Source: a virus
IMG/VR virus record: IMGVR_UViG_3300043774_001004
Coordinates: 1-64,000 of that record
Reading direction: 5' to 3' (one strand)
Length of the DNA: 64,000 nt
The first letter of the stretch is position 1. Each line of letters begins with the position of its first letter. The translations under genes were made by a program, and so were the position numbers. Shown in pieces: positions 28,654 through 38,067 of the stretch. The notes beneath the pieces were generated by a model that was not told where the DNA came from, did no database searches, and saw nothing but the letters and a program-made list of their open reading frames with translations.

Positions 28654-29867
28654 GTTTAAAGAAAGACTATAAAGAAATAATTAACAGAATCAATTCACTC
28701 AGAAGAATTGAATCATCAGGCGATCTAAATAAAAAGATTAAGAGAGTCGCAGTTATTCTTACTGGTTCACGTTCTGGTTCTAGTTTAATGAAAGCTGTAG
28801 TCTCAAAAAGTAATGATGTTGCATATCTTTCAGGTGAAGAAGAGCCATTTTTTATCTTAACAGGTAACGGCTTTCCATGGTCTAGTGACAGCGATGGCTT
28901 TAACACTATTAAGAATAAGCAAAAGCTTTTAGATAATCTATTCGATGATCTAGGTATAAATGATAAGGTATTCAATCTCACGAAGACCCTACATGACTGG
29001 CGTAATCGTATACTGTTGCAATTTCCAGATGTCGATTCTGATGTGATTGATTATCAGTTACCTAAGTATGTGTCTAAGTTTTATACAGAAGGCACAGACT
29101 ATACTGAAGCAACACAAAAGATGTTGTTTACTACTTTCAAAGAAAGGGCAGGACTGTATGATATCTGTGACGGCAGCTATGATTTTATGCTTCAGAAATT
29201 CAAAATTGAAGAACCTCCTTTTGTAATCCCACCACAGCGTAGAAAATTTACAGAATCCGACATTGAAGACAAAGTCCTTGTATTCAAGACACCTCAAGAC
29301 TGTTACAGAATAGGTATCTTTGAAGAGCTTTTTCCAAATGCGGATATCAAGTACATACATTTAACAAGAGGCTTTGCCCAAACAATCAATGGGCTTATGG
29401 ATGGCTGGTTATCAGATACTGGCTTTTTTGCCCATGATGTTTCTATCATCAATGAGAAATTAAACATTGAAGGCTACTCTGATGTTAAACCTTATGGTAG
29501 CAAATGGTGGAAGTTTGACCTGCCTCCAAATTGGAAAGATTATAAAGATGCCCCACTTCATGAGGTATGTTTAAATCAATGGCATTCTGCACATACGCAT
29601 ATCTTAAATTCAGGTAAGCAGGTATTGCATATTAGATTTGAGGATTTCTTAACTGATCCAAACACAACAGCAAATAAGATTACAGATTATCTTGGCATCA
29701 ATCCTATCAAGATCGATCATATACCTGTAGTAATGGCAACAGAAAAGCCTGAACAGTTCAGATGGATGAAAAGAAGTGCGCTAATAAATGATCTTTCACA
29801 GAGAAAAGAGGTAAAAGAACTAATGGATGCGTTAAAATATAAAATGGAACCAGAGTTATGGGTGTAA
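28650..29867 (+). CDS. Sulfotransferase-family protein
   Basis: GSRSGSSL PAPS-loop-like, KTP, FPNA..IHLTR, IRFED..TDP. Confidence 0.75.
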   Translation: MSLKKDYKEIINRINSLRRIESSGDLNKKIKRVAVILTGSRSGSSLMKAVVSKSNDVAYLSGEEEPFFILTGNGFPWSSDSDGFNTIKNKQKLLDNLFDDLGINDKVFNLTKTLHDWRNRILLQFPDVDSDVIDYQLPKYVSKFYTEGTDYTEATQKMLFTTFKERAGLYDICDGSYDFMLQKFKIEEPPFVIPPQRRKFTESDIEDKVLVFKTPQDCYRIGIFEELFPNADIKYIHLTRGFAQTINGLMDGWLSDTGFFAHDVSIINEKLNIEGYSDVKPYGSKWWKFDLPPNWKDYKDAPLHEVCLNQWHSAHTHILNSGKQVLHIRFEDFLTDPNTTANKITDYLGINPIKIDHIPVVMATEKPEQFRWMKRSALINDLSQRKEVKELMDALKYKMEPELWV

Positions 29868-30838
29868 AAGAAACTAAAAATAAAAGATCTAAGAAAACAA
29901 AGGAACAAGAGTCTATTGATAAAGGCGTTGAGCTTTTACATGATGTTCCTACTCAACCTCAGCCTGAAACTGAGGAAGAGCCAAATTATTTTAAATACGG
30001 ATATACCAACGAGTACGATACACTCGTTGCAGCTATGATTCATATTCCAAGAAGGAATGAGATTGAGTATTTCGATCCTAAAAAGGCCATGTACAAAAGC
30101 ATTCCGAATTATGAAAAGCTTTTAGAAGAGGTTGATCAGTACAGAACTCTTTTAATGAATCTGGGTATTCAGGTTTACGATGATGTGTATTTCCATGATA
30201 CAGATTATAACCCATATCCTAACCAGATCTTTATGCGAGATCTGGCAGTTATCACGCCAAATGCAATCATCTTAGCCAATCCTAAATACGATATTAGAAA
30301 AGGTGAAGAGAGAAACCTATTGGCAACAATGAGAAAATGGGGTTACTTTGGTCGTGTAATTGAACTTTCAAAAAATACGACAATGGAAGGTGCCGACTTT
30401 TTCTGGATATCTGAAAGTGAAGTCCTGGTATCAGTTGGTAATAGAACTAGTGAAGATTTTGTAACAACATTTAAGTTCTTTTATCCAAATCTTAAAGTAA
30501 CAGTTGTTGAAGCTGCTGCTGAAGGTATTCCTCAACATATCCTAGGTGGCGCACATATTGTTGATAAAGATACAATCATTCAACGCAAATCGATTGTAAA
30601 GCATGACCTTGGCTTCAAGAATACAATTTTACTTGAAGAAACAGATGAGGTTGTTAATGGCTACGCAATGAATATCCTGACAGTAGGTCCAATGGAAATC
30701 ATTATGCCATCTGGCAATCCGGAAACCAAGGCAATTTATGAATCACATGGTATTAAAGTCCATGAAAGTCCAGCAAAGGAAATCGGTAAAATGGGAGGAG
30801 CCTTTGCCTGTATGACACTTCCAATGAAAAGAGGATAA
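29858..30838 (+). CDS. Amidinotransferase / arginine deiminase (pentein) superfamily enzyme
   Basis: FMRD, RKGEE, EGAD, C-terminal GGAFACMT.P with catalytic Cys. Confidence 0.85.
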   Translation: MGVKETKNKRSKKTKEQESIDKGVELLHDVPTQPQPETEEEPNYFKYGYTNEYDTLVAAMIHIPRRNEIEYFDPKKAMYKSIPNYEKLLEEVDQYRTLLMNLGIQVYDDVYFHDTDYNPYPNQIFMRDLAVITPNAIILANPKYDIRKGEERNLLATMRKWGYFGRVIELSKNTTMEGADFFWISESEVLVSVGNRTSEDFVTTFKFFYPNLKVTVVEAAAEGIPQHILGGAHIVDKDTIIQRKSIVKHDLGFKNTILLEETDEVVNGYAMNILTVGPMEIIMPSGNPETKAIYESHGIKVHESPAKEIGKMGGAFACMTLPMKRG

Positions 30839-30840
30839 TT

Positions 30841-31749
30841 ATGAAAATGAGTTTAAAGTACAATGAAGTTGAAAGTGCTGCAGCAGCATATCAATGGTTT
30901 TGTAAATTGATAAATGAAGAAGGTGATTATGTAACCAGCAGAGGTGAACAGACCAAAGAGGTTTTGAATGCTGGCGTTCTGATCAAGAATATCAGAGATC
31001 GTGTTATACCAATCTCTAACTTCAATGAACGTTTCATACTTCAAGAAACATACGATATCTTAAATGAAAATCAACCCAGGGTTATGCACTCTAAAGAGAT
31101 GCTAGAAAAAACCATGGGTAATAGCAATAATATCATGTTCTTTGGTAATGAGATGCGTCAGGCTTTTAGCAGATGGTCGCTTCTTCGTATCAAAACTCTT
31201 TTTGAAAAAGATAAGTTCACAAGAAAGGCAATACTAGATTTAGGTAATAGAAGACCGATTGTGCATGCTCCATGTATGATTTACGCACATTTCATTATCA
31301 GAGACAATGCACTACACATGTTGGCTGAAACTAGGGGCACAGAAGTCTCCATGGGTTTTGTCAATGACATATATTTTTATACGATTATTCAAGAGCTGAT
31401 GTACAATTGGCTTCTAGAAACCTATCCAGATCTTGAACTTGGAACTTTCTTATACAAAACTACATCACTTCATTATTTTACAAACAAGGATGGTGGCCCA
31501 CTTTGGTCACAAGAGTTTATAGAATCTGATAGATCTGGTTATATCATAACAGATTTGAAATATTGTGATTATATAGCCGAGATGGGAGTTTTATACCATT
31601 ATGTCGATGCCTATATGAAAGCAGGTGAAAGAGAAGATGTCGATGCGGGTATAATTACAACATACAGAGACTTAAAGAATCCCGATTTTAATAATTTTAA
31701 GCAAGCTTTTTTCTATAATTGGGCAAAAATACTAACAACAGATGAGTGA
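30841..31749 (+). CDS. Divergent thymidylate synthase-fold enzyme (pyrimidine C5 modification)
   Basis: SRG..TKE, D..TRKAI, APC catalytic Cys, RGTE..MGFVND, SLHY. Confidence 0.75.
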   Translation: MKMSLKYNEVESAAAAYQWFCKLINEEGDYVTSRGEQTKEVLNAGVLIKNIRDRVIPISNFNERFILQETYDILNENQPRVMHSKEMLEKTMGNSNNIMFFGNEMRQAFSRWSLLRIKTLFEKDKFTRKAILDLGNRRPIVHAPCMIYAHFIIRDNALHMLAETRGTEVSMGFVNDIYFYTIIQELMYNWLLETYPDLELGTFLYKTTSLHYFTNKDGGPLWSQEFIESDRSGYIITDLKYCDYIAEMGVLYHYVDAYMKAGEREDVDAGIITTYRDLKNPDFNNFKQAFFYNWAKILTTDE

Positions 31750-32578
31750 TAAAGGCGGCAATACCAGTGCTTACAAAATTTACCATCAAGGTAAAATGAA
31801 ATACTTTATCAAATCATTTCAGACAAATGGTTTTGATATCAGTAGCTTTACTTTTCAAAATTATCTCTACAATAATTTCAAATCAGATCTGAAGATCTGT
31901 AAGCCTATTAAGATAGTTTCTGAAAAGTCAAATGAGGTTCAAATCTATTATGAATATGTCAAGCCTATTGATTGGGAATTGACTGCAGACCGTGTTTCTT
32001 TCCTCGGTAAATCATTAGCAGAATTGCATAACTTCTGTTACTTAAAGAAAAATGAAATTTCATTACCTGATAAAGTTGCAGTTGTTGCAATGGGTAAATG
32101 GCAAGATGTTGAAGATTCATTTGATAAAGAACTTGCAGTCAGTATCAGAAAGGCAATCTATGATAACTTAAAGCCTTATGATAGAGATCAGATACGCATT
32201 CCTCTTCATCGTGACTTTAAGTTACATAACATTATGTTTGACGGTGAAAATCTTAATCTGATTGATTTTGATTTTGCAGCTATTGATAATATCGGCATAG
32301 AAATAATGTCGTTTATCATAGATTTTTACTATGAAACCAGGGATCAAAGTTTAGTATCTGATTTTATCAAAGCCTATAAACAAGAATCAAATCTTGACAT
32401 AAATTGGACATCGGTACTAAATGACTATCTAGTCTATATGTGCGTTAATACATTTCCTTTCTATATGAGAGGTAGAATTGGAGAACATAACTTCAAGAAC
32501 CTGCTTACTGAAAGAAATGGCAAACTAAATTTTACATACATCAATAAAGATTTCTTATATGAGAGTTTACAGAGGTGA
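31742..32578 (+). CDS. APH/choline/homoserine kinase-like phosphotransferase
   Basis: LG..LAELH, LHRDFKLHNI, LIDFD. Confidence 0.8.
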   Translation: MSDKGGNTSAYKIYHQGKMKYFIKSFQTNGFDISSFTFQNYLYNNFKSDLKICKPIKIVSEKSNEVQIYYEYVKPIDWELTADRVSFLGKSLAELHNFCYLKKNEISLPDKVAVVAMGKWQDVEDSFDKELAVSIRKAIYDNLKPYDRDQIRIPLHRDFKLHNIMFDGENLNLIDFDFAAIDNIGIEIMSFIIDFYYETRDQSLVSDFIKAYKQESNLDINWTSVLNDYLVYMCVNTFPFYMRGRIGEHNFKNLLTERNGKLNFTYINKDFLYESLQR

Positions 32579-33431
32579 AACATTTGCAGAAGTTTATAGA
32601 AAATCACTTTGGGATCTAATTAACGATCCTGAGCATTCAGTGTCGCCACGTGGCATGAAAATCAATGAAGTGGTAAACGCAGTTCATGTCGTTGAAGATC
32701 CATCTTCTTGTCTTTACTATAATGAAAGACGTAGCAGCCAATTGAAATATATTGCAGCAGAAACAGTTTATTACTTTGCTGGTCGTAGAGATCTTGGTTT
32801 TATCAAGAAGTTTGCCTCTTTCTGGGAACAGATTGCCAATATTGACGCAACTGTCAATTCAGCTTATGGTAATCTAATCTTTACTGAGGTGAATAAGGCA
32901 GGTGTTACACAATGGGATTGGGCGTTTCAGTCTCTAGTTAAAGATAAAGATACTAGACAGGCTATTCTCCTGTTTAATAAGCCAGACTATCAATACTTTG
33001 GTAACAAAGACGTGATCTGTACCCTTAATGGTATCTTCAACATCAGAGATAATAAATTGAATTTCACAATTCAGATGCGTTCAAATGATGCCATTCTTGG
33101 AACTCCAACTGATTTTGCATTCTTCTGTTTATTACAAATGCAGATGCTAAAGCTTCTGAAAGAGAAAGCGTATCCTGAATTAGAACTGGGTACATTTACC
33201 CATATTGCAAATTCATATCACGTCTATGAAAGGCACTTTGGTCTAATACAAGACATGCTGTCTGGTTATTTTGAGCCATCTTCATTCGAGCCAATCAACG
33301 AAAACTTTATCAATTATGAAGGTAAACCTACTGCAGAATTTGAAAAGTTAACACATGCTGTTGAATATGGTACATCATACGAAACAGAAGATAAATTATT
33401 TAATTGGATATATGAAAAAGCAAGAATCTAA
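32559..33431 (+). CDS. Thymidylate synthase-fold enzyme, dCMP hydroxymethylase (T4 gp42)-like
   Basis: NSAYG, DKDTRQA, D.ICT, MRSND..LG.PTD (Asp specificity residue), SYHVYERHF. Confidence 0.82.
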   Translation: MRVYRGETFAEVYRKSLWDLINDPEHSVSPRGMKINEVVNAVHVVEDPSSCLYYNERRSSQLKYIAAETVYYFAGRRDLGFIKKFASFWEQIANIDATVNSAYGNLIFTEVNKAGVTQWDWAFQSLVKDKDTRQAILLFNKPDYQYFGNKDVICTLNGIFNIRDNKLNFTIQMRSNDAILGTPTDFAFFCLLQMQMLKLLKEKAYPELELGTFTHIANSYHVYERHFGLIQDMLSGYFEPSSFEPINENFINYEGKPTAEFEKLTHAVEYGTSYETEDKLFNWIYEKARI

Positions 33432-33930
33432 GTTCTTTGTTACCAGTGATACTTTTTTCGGAAGGGTCAATAAAGCCGCTGAAAGGGGCTTTGCAACCGT
33501 TGAGGAAATGGATGAGGCCCTTGTCGAAAACTGGAACGCAAAAGTCGGCAAGGACGATGTTGTCGTACATCTGGGTAATTTTGCATGGACGCCAAATCAT
33601 GTTGAGGAAATACTAGAAAGACTAAATGGCACCATAATCTTCTTGCTCGGCGACAGAGATCAGGCTCTCGCAAAAGTTGCTGAAGTTAACGAAGATATAA
33701 AATTACAGCAAGAGCAAATCCTAACACATGATAATGTCATACTGTCTCACTGGCCACTTGAAATATGGCCAGGCAAAGATAAAGACTTCTATCACTTTCA
33801 TGGCCACGCTGAACCTGGATTAAGAACAGATATCAAATTGATGAAAAGGGTTAACGCATGCTGTGACCATTGGTCTTTAGCGCCGATAGAAATAAAAGAC
33901 ACTATTGATCTTCTAAGTGATTTTATGTAA
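33412..33930 (+). CDS. Calcineurin-like metallophosphoesterase homologue with degenerate metal ligands
   Basis: TSDTFFG, EMDEAL.ENWN, HLGNF, LGDRD, SHWP, HGH; ATG at 33412 preferred. Confidence 0.7.
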   Translation: MKKQESKFFVTSDTFFGRVNKAAERGFATVEEMDEALVENWNAKVGKDDVVVHLGNFAWTPNHVEEILERLNGTIIFLLGDRDQALAKVAEVNEDIKLQQEQILTHDNVILSHWPLEIWPGKDKDFYHFHGHAEPGLRTDIKLMKRVNACCDHWSLAPIEIKDTIDLLSDFM

Positions 33931-33936
33931 AGTTTT

Positions 33937-33979
33937 CAGCAAAAGACTATATGTTTATGTTTTTTGTTGTTATATTTAC
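33937..33979 (+). promoter_or_regulatory. Class I promoter upstream of the sigma factor
   Basis: CAGCAAAAGACT...TATATTTAC. Confidence 0.65.
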
Positions 33980-33995
33980 ACTATACATAAAATAT

Positions 33996-34631
33996 ATGAC
34001 AGAAACTACAAAAAATCTGATGCTTGACTTTCAAGCAACTAAAACCCACTCATCATTTACTAAACTTTATAAGAAGCTTGCGCCAAGCCTTAAAAACTAC
34101 ATCAGAGGTATTGTAAAAGACCAAGATGTAACTGAAGATCTTCTGGCTAATACGTTTGCCAAAATCTATACCAAGATCGACCAATATGACCCACAATGGC
34201 AAGCTTCTACTTGGTCATATACTATCGCCCATCGTGAATGCCTACGTTGGATTAAAAAAGAAAGAAATACCCGAGTTTCGCTTTCATACTTTAATGAAAA
34301 CGGCTCAGATGTAGTTTCAGATGATGATGTTGTATCAATCAGCAACAGCAATAATAGTAAAATTGAAGTTGAAAATTACAAAACTGAAGATCAATGGCTT
34401 GATGAAGATCGTCAGTTAAACGAACAGTTTGATTTTGCAATTGAGTCAATACAAAATCTGAAACCAATGTATCGTGAAATCCTGACAGACAACCTGATCA
34501 AAGGCATGAAGTATCGTGAAATTGCCGATAAACATAAATTACCTTTGCAGACTATTAAAAACCGCATTCGCCGTGCCAAGCAACTGGTAGCTGAAAGCTT
34601 AACAGGTGAATTTGGTGAAATCGATATATAA
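33996..34631 (+). CDS. ECF-type sigma-70 factor
   Basis: Region 2 EDLL..TF.KIY..IDQYD...STW.YTIA; region 4 MKYREIA...PLQTIKNRIRRAK. Confidence 0.9.
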   Translation: MTETTKNLMLDFQATKTHSSFTKLYKKLAPSLKNYIRGIVKDQDVTEDLLANTFAKIYTKIDQYDPQWQASTWSYTIAHRECLRWIKKERNTRVSLSYFNENGSDVVSDDDVVSISNSNNSKIEVENYKTEDQWLDEDRQLNEQFDFAIESIQNLKPMYREILTDNLIKGMKYREIADKHKLPLQTIKNRIRRAKQLVAESLTGEFGEIDI

Positions 34632-34650
34632 AATGTAAAAAATCAAACCC

Positions 34651-35013
34651 ATGAAAAACTTTGGAGAATTTGTAAACGAGTCAAAAAAGAATCATAAGGC
34701 CAAATCAGTGAACGAGGCTAAGAAAGCTGATATCGAAAACAGCGTTGCCGATCTTTATGCTTTTGCAGGACCGAAGACTAAGTATGATGAAAGAATGGTT
34801 GAAAGATATGGCCAAGAAGTAGTTGATAAAGCTATAGAAATGGCTCCAGCAATTATTGCATACCAGAAGAAGATAAAGGAAATGACCAAAGAGGTTAGCA
34901 AAAGCCCAGAGGGTAAAATGTTAATGAAAGTAATTTCTAATGCTAAAGGGTATGGAGGTGAGCACTACACCGGCGTTACAGTCGGCGAATTATTTAATGT
35001 TTACTCAAGATAA
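34651..35013 (+). CDS. Small protein with KNFGEFVNE motif (putative internal head protein)
   Basis: Shared N-terminal motif, repeated VNE; GATATATA at 34623. Confidence 0.6.
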   Translation: MKNFGEFVNESKKNHKAKSVNEAKKADIENSVADLYAFAGPKTKYDERMVERYGQEVVDKAIEMAPAIIAYQKKIKEMTKEVSKSPEGKMLMKVISNAKGYGGEHYTGVTVGELFNVYSR

Positions 35014-35032
35014 TAAAAATCAATAAAAGACA

Positions 35033-35350
35033 ATGATTAAGAAATTTGCAGAAAGAAACAATGTTGTAAATGAGGCTAAAATGCCAACTGTTTCTAAGGA
35101 ACCCATATTCGAAAACAAAGTCATATCAGAAGAGGATGCTGCAAAGCAAGCTATACTGGATTCTTTGAAGGAGCTTCAAGATGAGTTTTCAGGTCATGTT
35201 GATGACGTTCTTGCCTATCTTGAAAGCACTATAGAGGACTATGAAGAATATCTCAGCAAAGAGACATATAAACACGTAGATGACTTATTTACACATATTT
35301 CAGAAGCGCAAGTTTCCTTAGTCAAAGCAATTATTTCACTAAGAAAATAA
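35033..35350 (+). CDS. Small protein with IKKF...VNE motif (putative internal head protein)
   Basis: MIKKFAERNNVVNEA. Confidence 0.5.
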   Translation: MIKKFAERNNVVNEAKMPTVSKEPIFENKVISEEDAAKQAILDSLKELQDEFSGHVDDVLAYLESTIEDYEEYLSKETYKHVDDLFTHISEAQVSLVKAIISLRK

Positions 35351-35359
35351 AACTATATC

Positions 35360-35385
35360 AGGCCGGTTTAATTACCGGCCTTTTT
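35360..35385 (+). terminator. Intrinsic terminator
   Basis: AGGCCGGT-ttaatt-ACCGGCCT followed by TTTT. Confidence 0.85.
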
Positions 35386-35429
35386 ATGTCTAAACTTTAC
35401 TAAAGTATAACGTATAAAAAAGAAAGAAC

Positions 35430-35879
35430 ATGTACTTAATAGATCTTTGGAACGATATTACAATTTGGTATAAGTATGCCAAGGTTACCAAGAGTAATCG
35501 AAAAAAGCTCGAAGAGAAAAAACTCAGAGTCGATTGGGCAGGTAGAATATACACTGTAGTCAATGTACCAGATGAGCTTAAAAATTATCCAAATATCGAG
35601 ATGTGGGTTATGCAACAACTTGGCCCATATAATGATGTTCTTTTAGAACTCGGTATAGCAGACTATTCATTTCCTGAAGTTCAAAGAATTGAAGAGCCTG
35701 GTGTCGATGCCTATCTTGTTGTTATGTACCCTGAACTTAATAGCATAAGCTTCTGGCGTATCATACTTGAGATTGCAAAATGGGCCGGAATTGTGATTGC
35801 AATTAAAATAGGTTACAGCATCTGTATAGAAAATAATGTTTTTACTAATATAGGAAATTTCTTCTCTAAATATGTCTGA
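35430..35879 (+). CDS. Hypothetical protein with C-terminal hydrophobic segment
   Basis: 149-aa ORF behind a class II promoter. Confidence 0.55.
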   Translation: MYLIDLWNDITIWYKYAKVTKSNRKKLEEKKLRVDWAGRIYTVVNVPDELKNYPNIEMWVMQQLGPYNDVLLELGIADYSFPEVQRIEEPGVDAYLVVMYPELNSISFWRIILEIAKWAGIVIAIKIGYSICIENNVFTNIGNFFSKYV

Positions 35880-36636
35880 TTATAATATAAAGCGAGTAAA
35901 CCTATTAGGTAAAAGATTCTATGATGTCGAAGGTTGTGGTGTATTTCCAAGTGTAACGACAGTTTTGTCTTCTACTGGAGATAAATCTGGTCTTGAAAGA
36001 TGGAGAAAGCGTGTCGGTGAAGATGAGGCCAAAAGAATAGGCGAAGAGGCAACCAGTAGGGGTACAGTGATGCATAAACACCTAGAGCTTTATCTAGGTG
36101 AAGATCTGACCAAAGATAAAACTGAACTTCTTGCTCTATCTAGCGAAAAAGCCAAGACAGACGATGAGATAAATCAGTTTAACGACAAGGCAAAAGATCT
36201 CGGTGAAGACCTGTTCATGAAGTTCTATAACCATGATGACTTTTTTCCTAGAGTACAAGAGACTATATTCCAAGAAAGGTTCTTATGGTTTAATCAAGGC
36301 GAATTTGGATATGCAGGAACTGTAGATAATTTTAGTCTCCTGAAATGTGGCAATAGAAAAGTGATTGACTTTAAAACAGCCAAGAAACCCAAGGATGAAG
36401 ACTGGATAATGGACTATAAGTTACAGGTTTCGGCATATGCTATTGCGATCTGGCAGAGAACTGGTATCAAGCCAGATGGTGGCGAAATCTGGATCGCTAA
36501 TGAACTGACACCTGATCCTCAGCGTTTTGTTTTAGACTTTGATGAAATTAGATTTTTCTTTAGTCTTTTCAAAGACAGATTAAAAAGATTTAACGAAATA
36601 AAGAAAAATGCAGAATTGCGCGGGGTCAATATATAA
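35872..36636 (+). CDS. PD-(D/E)XK exonuclease (T4-like phage type)
   Basis: PSVTTVL, WRKRVG, RGT.MH, YAGTVD, IDFKT, Y.LQ..AYA. Confidence 0.88.
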   Translation: MSDYNIKRVNLLGKRFYDVEGCGVFPSVTTVLSSTGDKSGLERWRKRVGEDEAKRIGEEATSRGTVMHKHLELYLGEDLTKDKTELLALSSEKAKTDDEINQFNDKAKDLGEDLFMKFYNHDDFFPRVQETIFQERFLWFNQGEFGYAGTVDNFSLLKCGNRKVIDFKTAKKPKDEDWIMDYKLQVSAYAIAIWQRTGIKPDGGEIWIANELTPDPQRFVLDFDEIRFFFSLFKDRLKRFNEIKKNAELRGVNI

Positions 36637-36656
36637 ATAAAATCAATATAGGACAG

Positions 36657-36872
36657 ATGGCAATCAAAAAATTTACACAGTTCATAGCTGAAAAACAAAC
36701 AGATAAAGAGCTGAAGAAAAAAGCCGAAGAAGATCTGGGTCAAGTTGTTGATAAGTGCCCAAGATGTGGTGCATCCTTTCATGATTGTATCTGCCCGGAA
36801 ATTGATTACTATAGTACTGTAAACATATACAGAACGCCTAAAGGCGAAGTTAAAAACGGAAAAAGCAAATAA
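36657..36872 (+). CDS. Small Cys-containing protein with KKFTQFIAE motif
   Basis: Shared N-terminal motif; CPRC...C.C. Confidence 0.55.
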   Translation: MAIKKFTQFIAEKQTDKELKKKAEEDLGQVVDKCPRCGASFHDCICPEIDYYSTVNIYRTPKGEVKNGKSK

Positions 36873-36874
36873 CA

Positions 36875-37153
36875 ATGATAAACACTCTTAAACAATGGTA
36901 CTGGGCAATTACACTCGTATTTTGTGCCCTTTTATTTCTAGGTCAATGTAGCACAAGCAGAAAGATTGCTACACTTAAAAAAGAAAATGATGCACTTCAG
37001 GCTAAAGTTGATAGCCTACAGGCACCTTTAACCGAAAAGGAAACAAAGGATCTGGTACAAAACATCATGTTCGATTTTCTTATTTTTGAAGATGATCTTG
37101 ATAAATCAAAAACAAGTCTCACTGATATAAAAACTAAAATCGAAAGAGACTAA
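36875..37153 (+). CDS. Membrane-anchored coiled-coil protein / possible lipoprotein (spanin-like)
   Basis: N-terminal hydrophobic stretch ending LGQC, then coiled coil. Confidence 0.45.
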   Translation: MINTLKQWYWAITLVFCALLFLGQCSTSRKIATLKKENDALQAKVDSLQAPLTEKETKDLVQNIMFDFLIFEDDLDKSKTSLTDIKTKIERD

Positions 37154-38067
37154 TGTTTACACCCTTGACTATGATACCCTTTGTTGGAAGCTGGATTAAA
37201 AACCCATTTAGTAAAAATAACATAACAGGAACACTTGCAATAGCTTTAGGCATTTTCATACTTCTGAATATGAAAAGCTGTAAAAAGAATGCCGAGCTAA
37301 AAGCTGAAATGGAGTTCCAAAAAAATGTTGCAACCAATAATTACGACGCATTAAATGGCGAAGTTAAAACACTTAAGACCAAGAATGGCGAATTAGAGTA
37401 TTCAAAGACAATACTTTATACAGACATGGAAGGTCTTAAGAACCTGAATAGTAACTTATATGAAGAGTTAAAAAAGGAGAAAGGCAAAGTTAAAGTCATA
37501 ACAGATGTCGAAACTGTAATTGAGTATGTGCCAGTAACTATACCAAATACTGTTACATCTTTTGGCTCAGGTAAATATGGCTTATCATTTACTTCAACCT
37601 ATAGAGATTCTGGTCTTTACTCTCAAATAGAAGGTATCAGTAAGTTCAATATTAAAGATAACGTTGTTTCTCCTGATTCTACTTCAATAACTAAGAACTC
37701 TCTTAAGATAGATGTAATTTATGGTATGAGAGAGATCGATGATAAAATTGAAGTATTTGCCAGAAGTGCATCACCACTGGTAAGTTTCAATGAAATACAG
37801 GGCGCTTATATCATGAATAAAGGTAACACTCTTTTACCGGATGATAAGCCTGTTTCAAAACCAATTAAGTGGTTGTTAGGACCGCAGATTGGTTATAACT
37901 ATAACTGGCCTGCTGAAAGGTCTAATGTACAAATACTTGCAAATCTACAAAGAAGAGCGGGTAAATTTACTCTAGGCTTCCAAACAGGTATAGTAAGAGG
38001 CATAGAAAGCCAGCAAACGGATTTGAGATTAGGTCTCAGATTCCAATATAATTTATTTCAATGGTAA
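37153..38067 (+). CDS. Envelope-spanning protein, spanin-like candidate
   Basis: N-terminal TM, coiled coil, C-terminal amphipathic beta strands ending FQYNLFQW. Confidence 0.45.
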   Translation: MFTPLTMIPFVGSWIKNPFSKNNITGTLAIALGIFILLNMKSCKKNAELKAEMEFQKNVATNNYDALNGEVKTLKTKNGELEYSKTILYTDMEGLKNLNSNLYEELKKEKGKVKVITDVETVIEYVPVTIPNTVTSFGSGKYGLSFTSTYRDSGLYSQIEGISKFNIKDNVVSPDSTSITKNSLKIDVIYGMREIDDKIEVFARSASPLVSFNEIQGAYIMNKGNTLLPDDKPVSKPIKWLLGPQIGYNYNWPAERSNVQILANLQRRAGKFTLGFQTGIVRGIESQQTDLRLGLRFQYNLFQW

